Below, piece by piece: positions 1 to 9,776 of a stretch of DNA of 64,000 nt. The notes under the pieces were generated by a model. That model saw only the letters and a list, made by a program, of their open reading frames with translations. It did no database searches and was not told the origin of the DNA. Within the stretch, counting starts at the first letter, position 1, and each line of letters opens with the position of its first letter. Source of the stretch: an uncultured Acidobacteriota bacterium (lineage in GTDB: Bacteria; Acidobacteriota; Vicinamibacteria; Vicinamibacterales; UBA2999); contig CAWFEX010000008.1 in NCBI GenBank assembly GCA_963814955.1, positions 755,992-819,991 on the forward strand. The letters run 5' to 3'. The translations under genes and the position numbers were made by a program.

Positions 1-203
1 CGTCCGTGACCGTCACGGGCAACTGCGCCCAGATTCTGGGCACGGCGACGGTCAACGGTACGCCGGATCGTTCGGATTCCAGGTGGACGTATGCGACAAC
101 GGCGAGCCCGGCAAGGATGCCGACACGTTCTCGATCGTCCATGAGTGACGGCTACACCGCCGGTGGCACGTTAGGCGGCGGCAACGTTCAGATTCACAAA
201 TAG
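1..203 (+). pseudogene. 3' end of a secreted-protein gene (C-terminus ...GEPG...GGNVQIHK), with two compensating frame changes as sequenced
   Basis: The middle of ORF 6..203 reads as Arg/Ser filler (PDRSDSRWTYATTASPARMPTRSRSS). The -1 frame from ~59 to ~140 reads protein-like YAGSFGFQVDVCDNGEPGKDADTFSIV and rejoins MSDGYTAGGTLGGGNVQIHK*. The gene begins upstream of the window. Confidence 0.4.
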
Positions 204-216
204 ACAGGGGAACGCC

Positions 217-692
217 ATGAAGCAACTAACTTGTGTGTGTGCGATTGTCGTTCTCGGGCTGGTTGCCATCACGACGGTCCACGTCAGTGCCGCCGACGGC
301 GAGCATTCGGTCACCGGTGCCGCGAAAGGCCTCTTCGGCGCCGGGGCGGAGCTGGGCCCTGTCGCGCTCGAGGGAATCGATGATGGGCACAGGCGTGTTC
401 ATCGAGGCCGACGGCTCAGCGTCGGGAACATTCCACGCCGTGCTGCAGGGAAGCTCGCTGGGGTCACTCGCGGGAGGTCACGGTGGAGGGGAACGTCAGC
501 GAGGGCTCGGTCGCGGCCGACGGTCGCGCGACCTTCAGCGGCACCGCCTCGCTCGACTTGGGGGACGGAGCGCCGCCTCTGCCGAGCGTCGCGTTCAGCG
601 TCACTGCGGCAGCGGACGGTGTGGTACTGAAGATCGACTCAATAACGTTGCCGGCCGCCAGACTCACCGCCGGTGCCGTCACCATCGAGTAG
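217..692 (+). pseudogene. Small exported protein (signal peptide); the frame changes twice as sequenced
   Basis: The signal peptide is MKQLTCVCAIVVLGLVAITTVHVSA. Sensible sequence continues +1 at ~386 (TGVFIEADGSASGTFHAVLQGSSLGSLAG) and +1 again at ~478 (VTVEGNVSEGSVAADGRATFSG...LTAGAVTIE*, stop at 690-692). The uninterrupted frames degrade into Arg-rich filler. Confidence 0.45.
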
Positions 693-809
693 AAGGGACC
701 GTGGCGTGGTTGCTCGTCACCGTCGGTATGGGAGGCAGGGGCCAGGCTGTAAGTAGGACGACGCGACAGCGGTAGTCTGGAGGCTCTTCGTTCAGGGACT
801 ATCGTCTAT

Positions 810-1199
810 CTAGACAGAATGAGCGGTCACCGAGCATTCAGCCCACGCCCCTCGAATGGCGTTGATCAGTTCATTCACACTCTGCTTTGGGACGAAGCTT
901 GATGCCCCGGCGGCCAGCGCTTCAGTCCTGATCCGATCGTCGAACAGGGCGGTGATCAGGATCACTTTGGCGCGCGAATTCGTCTGCAGGATCCGACGGC
1001 ACACTTCCAGCCCGTTGACGTGCGGCAGGTGCACGTCGACAACGGCCACGACCGGCTGAAGCCGCGCGGCGGCCTCGGCTACCTCCCTGCCGTCGACGGC
1101 GACTCCGACGACGTCGCAGTCGAGCGAAAGAACACGCTTCAGCGCCTTCAGGACACCGGGATGATCATCCGCGAGCAGGACGCGGGGCCGGGTCGGCAT
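810..1199 (-). CDS. Stand-alone response regulator receiver (CheY-like, no output domain)
   Basis: 129 aa with VLLADDHPGVLKAL...VVDVHLPHVNGLEV...VILITA...SFVPK receiver motifs. Its ATG overlaps the TAA of the upstream kinase (TAATG), which suggests translational coupling. Confidence 0.85.
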   Translation of the reverse strand: MPTRPRVLLADDHPGVLKALKRVLSLDCDVVGVAVDGREVAEAAARLQPVVAVVDVHLPHVNGLEVCRRILQTNSRAKVILITALFDDRIRTEALAAGASSFVPKQSVNELINAIRGAWAECSVTAHSV

Positions 1200-4100
1200 T
1201 ACGGCTTCGCGGGATTGAAGGCGCCGTGCGACGCGTGGACGACCAGCAGGTGCTCGATCATCTGCCGCATGTCTTCGATGTCCTTGACGAAGAAGCCCGC
1301 CGCCCCCGCCTGCTCCATCGCATGGGCGGCCGCGCTGCGAGGCTGCATCGACAACCCGAGAACCTGAATGTCCGGGAGCTCGGCGCGAATGCGCACCGTC
1401 GCATCGATGCCGTCCATGTGCGGCATCACGATGTCCATGAGGATGACGTCAGGCCGCAGCGAGTGCGCAAGCGCGATCGCCTCAAAGCCGTTGGACGCCT
1501 CGCCGACGACCGAGAGCTGCGGCCGCGCGTTGAGAATGTTGCGGAGCGCGCTGCGCACCGGCGCGTGATCGTCGACGATGAGAATCCTGAGGGCGTCAGG
1601 AAGCGCTCGGCCGTTGTCGCCCGCCCACGCCGCGCCGATCAGTGGGAAGGCCGACGCTGCCGGGCCGGCGACGGCGGGTTGCGCGTGGCCGCGCGGCGCG
1701 ACGAGCCGCACGCGCGTCCCCTTGCCGGGCGCGCTGTCAATCTCGAAGCGGCCGCCGAGCAGCGTCAGCCGCTCGCGGATACTGAACAGCCCCCAACCCA
1801 CCTGGCCGGCCTTCGATCGCTGGTCGAGTTCTGCCGGTTCGAACCCAATGCCCTGATCCGACACGGTGATGCACAGCTGATCGTCGGGGTCGAGCCCCAG
1901 CTCCAGCGTGACGCGATCCGCGTGCGCGTGTTTGACCGCATTGAACAGGAGTTCTCGCACCGACTCGAAGAGCAGGGTGCGGACGTCCTTCCGCCCGGAG
2001 TCGGCGCGCGGGTCGCCGATGACCCGGACGTCGAGTTTGTACTTGTCGTGTGTCCAGTCTGCCAGCCACGTCAGTGCCGCGGGCAGTCCGGACTCCTGCA
2101 GCACGGGAGGAAAGAGCTCGACGTTCAGGGACCGGGCGGCGGCGATCGCTTCCTCGAGCTGGTGCTTTGCCTCTGAAAGCAGCTCGCTTGGCGCGGCGCC
2201 GCTCTCGCTGTCCTGCCTCAGCTGCTGCTCGAGATTCAATGCAACGATGACCAGCAGCTGTTGAAGGCCGTCGTGCAGCGTTCTGGCAATCTGTTCGCGC
2301 GCATGCTGTTCGGCCAGCGTCAGATCCGAGGCCATCTGGCTCAGTTGCGTCGTCCGATATTCCAATTCCGCCGTGCGCTCCTGCAGCGCCGACGCGGCGC
2401 GCTGGCGATCGGTGATGTCGGTCACGAACGCGAATGCGCGTGTGCCGGCGGGCGTCGGAACGTGATTCATGCTGACTTCGATCGGAAACGTGGAACCGTC
2501 GCTGCGCACCCCGACGAGCTGCAGGCCGCCGCGCCGTTCATACCCGTCGCGAAACGCTGACGGCATCAGCCGCTCGATTCGCTGGCCGATCAGGTCACCG
2601 GACGCCCAGCCGAACATGGCGTCGAACGCGTGGTTCGCGGTCACGATCAGGCCCTGCGCGTCCACCGACACGATCCCTTGCGTGGCGGTCTCGAGCAGCG
2701 TCCGCAGCGCGCGATCGTGTTCCTCCTCGCGGCGCGCCTGCCGCGCCTCCTCCGTCCGGCGCTGCTGGCTGAAGTCGAGATCGAGCCCGGTGAGCCGCGT
2801 GACATTGCCGTCGGCGTCGCGGTCGACGCGCCCCCGGCTCTGGATCCACGACATCGTTCCGTCTGGCCGCACGATCCGGAACGTGCTCTCCCACGAATCC
2901 TTCGTTCTCGACGTCCACATTTCATGGCGCAAGGCGAGCAACCGCGGGCGATCGTCTTCGTGCACGCGCGTGACCCACGCGTCTGGCGTTGCGGGTTCAT
3001 CGGGCGCGAACCCGTACAGGGAACGGAATTGTTCGTCCCAGTCAACCTGATTGGTCGCCGCGGCCCACGTCCAGGAGCCGCCGGTCGACGCTTCGAGCGC
3101 GATGCGGAGCCGCTGTTTCTGCTCGCGGAGCGCCGCCTCGCCCCGGGTGCGCTCGATGGCGTCCCAGGTCCGTTCGCCGACGTCGCGAACGAGCTCGACC
3201 TCTGACGCCGTCCAGACGCGCGGCGCGACGTGATTGGCGCCGAAGGCGGCGACCATCCGTCCGCCCTTGAACAGCGCCGTTCCGATGAACGCTGCTATTT
3301 GCCGCGGCTGCCAGTGTCGCCCGGTCGGCGGCGTTCAACCGCGGATCCGTCTGCGCGTCGTCGATGACGATGGTCTCGCCGCGCCGGAGCGCCTCGCGCA
3401 GCTCGTCGCCCACCGAGATGCCCGGTGGCTGTCCGGCGAGCGGCGGGACCCCATGCGTGTACTCACGGCGAATGGTGTACTCGCCGCCGCCGAATTCCGC
3501 GTAGCCGACGCGGGTGACGCCAAGGTGTTGTCCGAGAAGTCGTGCGGCGGTCTCCTGAACGTCACCGGGATCGCTCAGCGGCCGAAGCGCGTCGTTGAGC
3601 CGAAGGAGAAACCCCAGCCGCTCTTCCTTTGTACGCAGCTCGGCTTCGGCCTTGCGGTGCTCGAGCGTCGCCCAGATCCGGTCGGCGACGTCCTGCACCA
3701 GCGCGATCTCCTCCGGGGTCCACACGCGCGGCTCGCGGCTGTGAACCGCGAACGCCCCGACGAACCGGCCGTCCTTGACGAGCAGTGGACAGATGTAGGC
3801 GCCGATGGCCGCCGCCTGCAGCACCTTGCGCTCGGCCGCCGAATGCGGCTCGGTCGACGTGTCGTGGACGAACAACGTGCCGCCTTTCAGGATTTCGTCG
3901 GTGCGGGTGCCGCCCATGTCGGTCCAGCGAAAGCGGCCGGCCAGCGAGGGAACGCCATCCACGTAGTCGTTGACGACGGTGCAGTCGTCGCCCTCGATCT
4001 CGCCGTAGATCACGCGGTTGACGTGGAGGTGCGTGCCCAGCAGTCGGCATGCCTCCTCGAGTACGCGCGCAGGGTCGGCAAACTCCCGGATCGTCTCGTT

Positions 4101-4655
4101 CAGTTTGCGCAGGAACGCCTGCCGATCATTGATCCGACTCAGCGCCTCCTCCGCGCGCGCGCGCTCGCCCGCCGCCCATGTGCGCTCGGCGGTCACCTCG
4201 ACCAGCGCGATCTGATCGCGTGTCCAGGTGCGCGGCGTCGAGCTGTGGACGCCGAATACTGCGACCCATCGACCTTCTTTAATCAGCGGCACGCCGACGA
4301 ACGACGCAATCTCGCTCGCGAGGAGCTGCTCACGCTCGGCGTCCGTGAACCGTGTGTCGGTGCGGGTGTCGCTGACCACGACCGCCTCGCCGCGGCGGCA
4401 GGCATCGACGACGGTCTTGCCGAAGCGCGCCACGTGACCTCGACCGGCGAATGGCGGGACGCTGCGTGCATACGACCGACTGACGACGAACTCGTTGCCC
4501 TCGATCTGTGCGTAATTGACTCGGCTCGCCTGGAGATACTCGCCGATCAGCCGGACGGCGGCCTCCTGGATTTCGACCGGATCCTTGAGGGGGCGCAGTC
4601 GCTCGTTCAGCGTGAGGAGAAAGTGCCACTCGGCCGACATGCGTCGAGTCAGCAT
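1199..4655 (-). pseudogene. Hybrid sensor histidine kinase: 3xGAF, 2xPAS, HisKA_3/HATPase, REC; one +1 frame break near 3297-3307
   Basis: ORF 3042..4655 carries two complete GAF domains, each ending ...H(S)xxPRxWTxxEIALV. The third GAF continues in ORF 1199..3256 (LAAA|QIAAFIGTALFKGGRMVAAFGANHVAPRVWTASEVELV). Downstream are PAS domains, the H-box TLHDGLQQ, an ATPase (DQGIGF...GWGLFSIRERL) and a receiver (ILIVDDHAPVR...ILMDIVMPHMDG). Confidence 0.85.
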
Positions 4656-4906
4656 TCTAAAGTAGTGGTCGCACGATCAGAACTCAGCCGTTACATAAAC
4701 TGGTCGCACCGCCGGGCTCTTCTATGAAACAAGGCCTCGAGTTTAATCAGTCTTTGTAACCTTGATGACAATTTCGTCCATACTGTCCAGCACTCCTTCA
4801 CAGACTGCGCGCAAACCAGGAGGACTGGCCACAGACTGCGTGCCCCTTTCGCGCTCGCCGGCCGCTGGGCTTGCACTCCCCCATCGTGTCGGAGTGCCCT
4901 CCGACG

Positions 4907-6826
4907 TCATGGCCCGACTTCGGCCTGGTCGAACAGGACGATGTCGCTGGATGCCCGCTGCTGCCCGACGATCACCGAGCGCCCATCGGCCGTCCACGTC
5001 ATCCCGCGAATCAATGCATCGTCCGGAAACTTGAACACCTGCCGAACCGCGCGATGTGGTTCCAGCTCGGCGATCCACAACGACGCCGCCGCTGTACCCG
5101 GTATTCGCGCTGCCGCGATGGCGCGCCCGTCCGGAGACCATGTCAGAAACCCGTTCGGGAACGGCAAAGTCTGTCCGATGTCCCGAGCCACCGACTGTCC
5201 AGCCCCGGTCGTGAACCTGACGAACGCTGTTGCTTGTTGACCCGGGGTATTTGGCGTTACTTCGAGGTAGGCGATGACGTCGGCGGTGGGCGACCATGCG
5301 GGAGACGTAGCGCCGCCCGGTGTGAGCAGCCGGCGCGTACGCCCGTCTGCAACTGTCACAACCGATAACCCGGGAAGCTCACCCACGGGCGTCGAGTAAA
5401 CAATCTCGTGGCCATCAGGCGACCACGAGAAATATGGAAGGATGGGTGCATTCAGCAGACGGCGCGGAACGCCGCCGTCTGTCGCCACGATCCACAGACC
5501 GCGTTCGCCGCCACGGTTGGAAATGAAGGCGACCTGCTGTCCGTCCGGAGCGAACTGCGGGTACTCGTCGACTGACGTCGCCGATGTCAAAGGGCGCGCG
5601 TCAACACCGTCTCCAAGAGCGATCCACAAGTTTCGCTGACCCGAGCGAGTCGAGCTGAACACCATGCGATCGCCACGGCGCGACAGGTTCGGATCCAGGT
5701 CACCGCCGTAGCCGTTGGTAAGCGCGGTCGGCATCGGCAACGGCGCAGCGCGAAAATCGACACGTACGAGTGAATCACGCCTTTCGAACAGCGTTGACAC
5801 CATCGTGCGACCGTCAGTGGAGATTCGCGGTTGTCCGTATTCACCCACTCCCGTCGTCAGGCGCACCGGGGCGCCCCCAGCAACCGGACGCCACCAGAGG
5901 TTCAGGTCCGCCTTGGTTGGATGGGCGGTGAGCATTTCGTAGAGCACACAGCCAAACGCCCAGATGTCGGTCCGCTTGTCGACGTGCTTGCCGCGGGCCT
6001 GCTCAGGGCTCATGTAGTGGGCGGTCCCAAGGATGGCACCCTCGTGCGTACCGCCCACGGTTATGGTTGGCGAGTGCGTCAGGTCAAGAGCCGCGGCGTC
6101 GCCACCAGCCTTTGCCAGACCGAAGTCGAGTACCTTGACGACACTCTCTGACGTGATCTGGATGTTGGCCGGCTTCAAGTCGCGGTGTACGATTCCTTTG
6201 TCGTGCGCGGCGTCGAGCGCATTAGCGACCTGATGCGCGATAGCAAGCGCCTCGGCAATCGGAATCCCGCTTGGTGACCCCCTGCGATTAGATGTGCGAG
6301 CACGCGTAATCCGGTCGGCGAGCGTCTCGCCCTCTATCAGTTCCATCACGAGCGCACGGACGCCGTCGCTGTCCTCGACTCCGTGAATGGTCGCGATGTT
6401 CGGGTGATTGAACGATGCAAGAATACGGGCTTCCCGTTCGAATCGCGCCAACCGATCCGGATCTGTGGTAAACGCGCGGGGCAGGATCTTGATAGCGACG
6501 TCCCGCCCGAGCTTCGTGTCGCGCGCGCGGTAGACCTCGCCCATGCCGCCAGTCCCGATTCGGGACTGCACCTGATACACACCGAGGCGACGACCCGTCA
6601 GCACGGAAGCGCCGACGTCACCGACCAACTGTGTCGCGATCGCGACCGCGGGTTTGTCGAGGAAGCCGTCAGCCGATGCGCTTTGCTCGAGCAGCGACTC
6701 GACCTCCTGCCGTAACGACACGTCACCGGCACAGATCTCGGCCAGAAACGCTCCACGCGAAAATTCATCGCGTGCCAGAGCCGCGTGATAGAGCTCCTCG
6801 ACCCGCCTCCAACGTTCGGCTGTCAT
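4907..6826 (-). CDS. Ser/Thr protein kinase fused to a TolB-like (PD40/WD40-like) beta-propeller
   Basis: The N-terminus is MTAERWRRVEELYHAALA. Kinase motifs GTGGMGEVYRA, VAIK, HRDLKPANI, DFGLAK and SPEQ are present. The C-terminal repeats are of the DGRxxxF/SxRxG..NLW type. Confidence 0.85.
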   Translation of the reverse strand: MTAERWRRVEELYHAALARDEFSRGAFLAEICAGDVSLRQEVESLLEQSASADGFLDKPAVAIATQLVGDVGASVLTGRRLGVYQVQSRIGTGGMGEVYRARDTKLGRDVAIKILPRAFTTDPDRLARFEREARILASFNHPNIATIHGVEDSDGVRALVMELIEGETLADRITRARTSNRRGSPSGIPIAEALAIAHQVANALDAAHDKGIVHRDLKPANIQITSESVVKVLDFGLAKAGGDAAALDLTHSPTITVGGTHEGAILGTAHYMSPEQARGKHVDKRTDIWAFGCVLYEMLTAHPTKADLNLWWRPVAGGAPVRLTTGVGEYGQPRISTDGRTMVSTLFERRDSLVRVDFRAAPLPMPTALTNGYGGDLDPNLSRRGDRMVFSSTRSGQRNLWIALGDGVDARPLTSATSVDEYPQFAPDGQQVAFISNRGGERGLWIVATDGGVPRRLLNAPILPYFSWSPDGHEIVYSTPVGELPGLSVVTVADGRTRRLLTPGGATSPAWSPTADVIAYLEVTPNTPGQQATAFVRFTTGAGQSVARDIGQTLPFPNGFLTWSPDGRAIAAARIPGTAAASLWIAELEPHRAVRQVFKFPDDALIRGMTWTADGRSVIVGQQRASSDIVLFDQAEVGP

Positions 6827-6996
6827 CGGTGATTGAGTGAAGTGCTCCGGATTATACGTATCCTGAACCGGACCGCCACGGTTTCACCTTCCGCCGGTGT
6901 CTGCGCACGGCTGTCTTCATTCGGCCAGATGCATCCGGAGCCCAACCTCGGTATGATTCACCGCCTCTGCGTCCTCCAATCCCGGAAGGTGACTGA

Positions 6997-8596
6997 ATGA
7001 CTTGCCAAACCTTGATGAGCCGGCCGGCGCTGGCGCTTGTCGCAGGCGCATTTCTCGCAGCGTGTTCTTCGCAACCGGCAGAATCCCCGGCGGGCGCCAC
7101 ACCAGACGCAGATTCGAAGGCCGCAGAGCCCGCTCCGGAACAGGCTCTCCTCGAAGACCTGGTCGTGGCGAACCGGATTCTCACGCGCGAGGTAGGCATC
7201 CTCGACATCCAGGCGCACGTGAGCGCGCGCAGCCAGACGAATCCAAACCACTGGTACATGGCGCGCTTTGTCGCCCCAGGCGGCGCGAGCCTCAGCGACA
7301 TGGTCGAGTACCGACCTCGAGAGCACGCCGGTCAAAGGCCCGCGCAACGACAATGCACGTGAAACGTTCCTGCATGGCCAGATCTTCAAGGCCAGACCCG
7401 ACGTCATGGCTGTCGTGCATGCGCACACGCCGGAGTTCGTGGCGTTCGGCGTGAGTTCCGTGCCGCTCTACTGGGGTCCAAACCGGCCGGTCCCGGTCTG
7501 GGATATTCGTCCAGTCAACAACGGCCGCAACGGCATCGTCAGCAGCAACCCGCTCGGCCAGTCGATGACGGAGAAGCTCGGCAACAATGAGGCAGTGTTG
7601 CTCTGGGGGCACGGAATCTCTCTCACGGCCAAGTCGCTGCCGGAAGCGATTCATCGGGTGGTTGCCCTCCGCACGAATGCCCGGTTGCAGCAAGCCGCCA
7701 TATCGATTGGCAATCCGGCAACGCCCGAAGCGATTGTCGACGACGCGGCCGCGGACCAGACGGCGTGGGATCACTACAAGCGCATCGATTTGAAAGCGGA
7801 GAACGGGAAAGTACCGGCGAATCCGGCGCCGATGCCGTCGAAGCCGACCGATCCCATCGCCGCTTCGAGGCACGACCTGATGATCGCCAATCGCATCCTC
7901 GCGGACGACTCCGTCGGGCTCCTCGATACCTCGGGTCACGTCAGCCTGCGCAATCCCAACAACCCGAACAGCTACTTCGTGGCCACCGCTGCGCCCGGCA
8001 GCGTTACCGGCAACGACATCGTCGAACGCGATATCACCAAGCCGGGCCCCGACACGATGGGACTGTCGATTGACGACGAGATCTACAAGGCGAATCCGAA
8101 TGTGATGGCCGTGCTGTACTCGCGGGCGCCGGACATTGTTGCCTTCACACAGGGCGTGCAGCTGCGTCCCGTAGTCAACGGCGCCGCGTTCGTTGGTGAC
8201 GGACTGCCGATGTTCAACATGTCGACGCTGGATCCGAAGCAGCCGTTGCTGTCGAATCCGGCGTTCGGAAAAGGCGTTGCCGCCGCGCTCGGCACGAAGC
8301 AGGGGGTGCTGTTGTCCGGGCACGGTCTGGTGATGACGGGGCGATCCATTTACAACCTGGTCGGCACCTCGTATCAGCTGCGACAGAACGCCAGAATCCA
8401 GCAGCAGGCGATGGCGCTGCGGGGCAAGGTCACGCCGCTCAACGACATTACGGTGCCGCCGGAACCGCCAGGCGAAGGGAACGCCAATGCTGGTGCCGGT
8501 CCGCAGGGCGGGCGCGGAGGCCGCGGGGGACAACAGCTCGGTCCGCCTGAAGGGCGCGACTGGGTCTACTGGGCACAGACCATCCCGCTCGACTAA
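6997..8596 (+). pseudogene. Lipoprotein with two tandem class II aldolase/adducin-like domains; one +1 frame break at 7308-7312
   Basis: The lipobox is LVAGAFLAAC. Domain 1 continues across the break (SDMVEY|DLESTPVKGPRNDNARETFLHGQIFKARPDVMAVVHAHTPEFVAFG). Domain 2 is HDLMIANRILADDSVGLLDTSGHVSLRN...NPNVMAVLYSRAPDIVAF. Confidence 0.8.
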
Positions 8597-8667
8597 GGGG
8601 CGGTCGCCGGCACGGACTCCCATGCCGGCCAGGTTCCGAGCTCCCGCGCGCGACGGCGCAATTGCCA

Positions 8668-8886
8668 CTAATGAAATTTCGCTTCGTCGAGGTGTGCGAC
8701 GGACCGGCCGCTGGCCGCGCAGTGCTGACACTGGTACCGCGAGCCGCGGAAACGACCAGACGAGGTAGGAATCGGCTGCCAGCCTTCGACGTCCCAGCGC
8801 TCATCGTCTGACTCTGGCGCGTGCGTCTCGCACGCAACCTCGCCATAGACGGACCAATACAAACCGGTGGGAGTGGGGGGACGCAT
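8668..8886 (-). CDS. Small hypothetical Cys/His-containing protein (72 aa)
   Basis: The ATG at 8886 follows AAGGAG at about 7 nt. The sequence is MRPPTPTGLYWSVYGEVACETH...YQCQHCAASG. No family was recognised. Confidence 0.45.
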   Translation of the reverse strand: MRPPTPTGLYWSVYGEVACETHAPESDDERWDVEGWQPIPTSSGRFRGSRYQCQHCAASGRSVAHLDEAKFH

Positions 8887-9106
8887 GACCAACTCCTTAC
8901 TTTGATGAGGAGCGCGCCCCAATCGCTGCCGCGAAGCGCGTGCGGCTCAGGAAAGCATGCTGATCCTACTCTTCGGGGAACCCGGAGGCAAATACCTGTT
9001 CCATAGTCGGGTTAGAGGTCGCGCAGTACCGATCGCGTATCGTTGCCAGCTGCGATACAGTCCGCGGGGTGAGGCTTGCGCAATATTCCGCCCTGTCCCG
9101 CCTGCG

Positions 9107-9736
9107 ATGACGGCATCACGCCAGCACCTTTCGATGCTGCGGTCATTCACCGTGGCAGACGCTTTCACGATTGCCAACGCGAGCTGCGGCACCATCGCGA
9201 TCTTCCTGTGCCTCGACTACGTGGCCACCGCCAGCGCCCGCTTCCTGTGGGTCGCCTTCCTCCTGCTGCCATTGGCGCTCGTATGCGACGTGCTTGACGG
9301 CTACGTTGCCCGCGCGCAGTCGCAGCGCCGGTCGGTGCTCGGGGGAGATCTCGATTCGCTAGCCGACGTCATTTCGTTCGGCGTGGCGCCGGCAGTGCTT
9401 GGCTTCACGTTGGGCTTGCGCGGCGGCTGGGACATGGTGTGCCTGACGTATTTCGTCGTATGTGGCGTCAGCCGTCTGGCGCGCTTCAACGTCACTGCCG
9501 AAAGCCTGGCCGACAGCCGCACCGGCAAGGTGAAGTACTTCGAAGGCACGCCCATTCCGACGAGCGTCGCGATCGTCGCGCTGCTGGCCCTGGCGTTCCA
9601 GCGCGGGAGAATCGACACGGCGCTGTGGTTCGGGGCCTGGCAGATCGGGCCCGCCGTGCTGCACCCCCTTGCGTTTGTCTACGTGGCAAGCGGAAGCGCC
9701 ATGATCAGCGCCACGCTGCGGATTCCGAAGCCGTAA
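9107..9736 (+). CDS. pssA: CDP-diacylglycerol--serine O-phosphatidyltransferase (CDP-alcohol phosphatidyltransferase family)
   Basis: Motif DGYVARAQSQRRSVLGGDLDSLADVISFGVAPA (DGx2ARx8Gx3Dx3D) in a multi-TM protein. The start is taken at MTASRQ, because the part of the ORF upstream looks non-coding. Confidence 0.8.
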   Translation: MTASRQHLSMLRSFTVADAFTIANASCGTIAIFLCLDYVATASARFLWVAFLLLPLALVCDVLDGYVARAQSQRRSVLGGDLDSLADVISFGVAPAVLGFTLGLRGGWDMVCLTYFVVCGVSRLARFNVTAESLADSRTGKVKYFEGTPIPTSVAIVALLALAFQRGRIDTALWFGAWQIGPAVLHPLAFVYVASGSAMISATLRIPKP

Positions 9737-9776
9737 GAGGAAAGCGCGCGCAGCATCGCGCGAACCTGTCAGCGGT

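Noticed and set aside
4666-4709. 9-bp direct repeat TGGTCGCAC occurring twice (4666-4674 and 4701-4709), with a TAGAAT-like hexamer upstream of the 3xGAF kinase start
   Set aside because: It is too short to separate from chance in a 250-bp AT-richer intergenic region, and I could not define a convincing -35/-10 pair.
7308-7312. Programmed +1 ribosomal frameshifting at UAC-CGA (the aldolase and the luciferase-like gene both read ...UAC CGA... at the break)
   Set aside because: The breaks occur in many unrelated genes and on both strands. They include base-loss cases (about 59 and 63509-63513). They share a DNA palindrome (GTAC) rather than a common codon context, and no stimulatory signals are evident. 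A DNA-level or sequencing-level cause fits better. This is kept only as a remote alternative in the findings.
7292-8731. Very long antisense or off-frame ORFs: 7292..8731 (-), 3234..4727 (+), 14598..16040 (+), 16062..17141 (+), 36492..37976 (-), 39220..40818 (-), 52904..54535 (+), 59607..61025 (+), 1226..2176 (+)
   Set aside because: All lie opposite to or overlap genes with clear conserved motifs. Their translations are Arg/Ala/Pro/Gly-rich with no recognisable motifs. Such shadow ORFs are expected at this G+C content.
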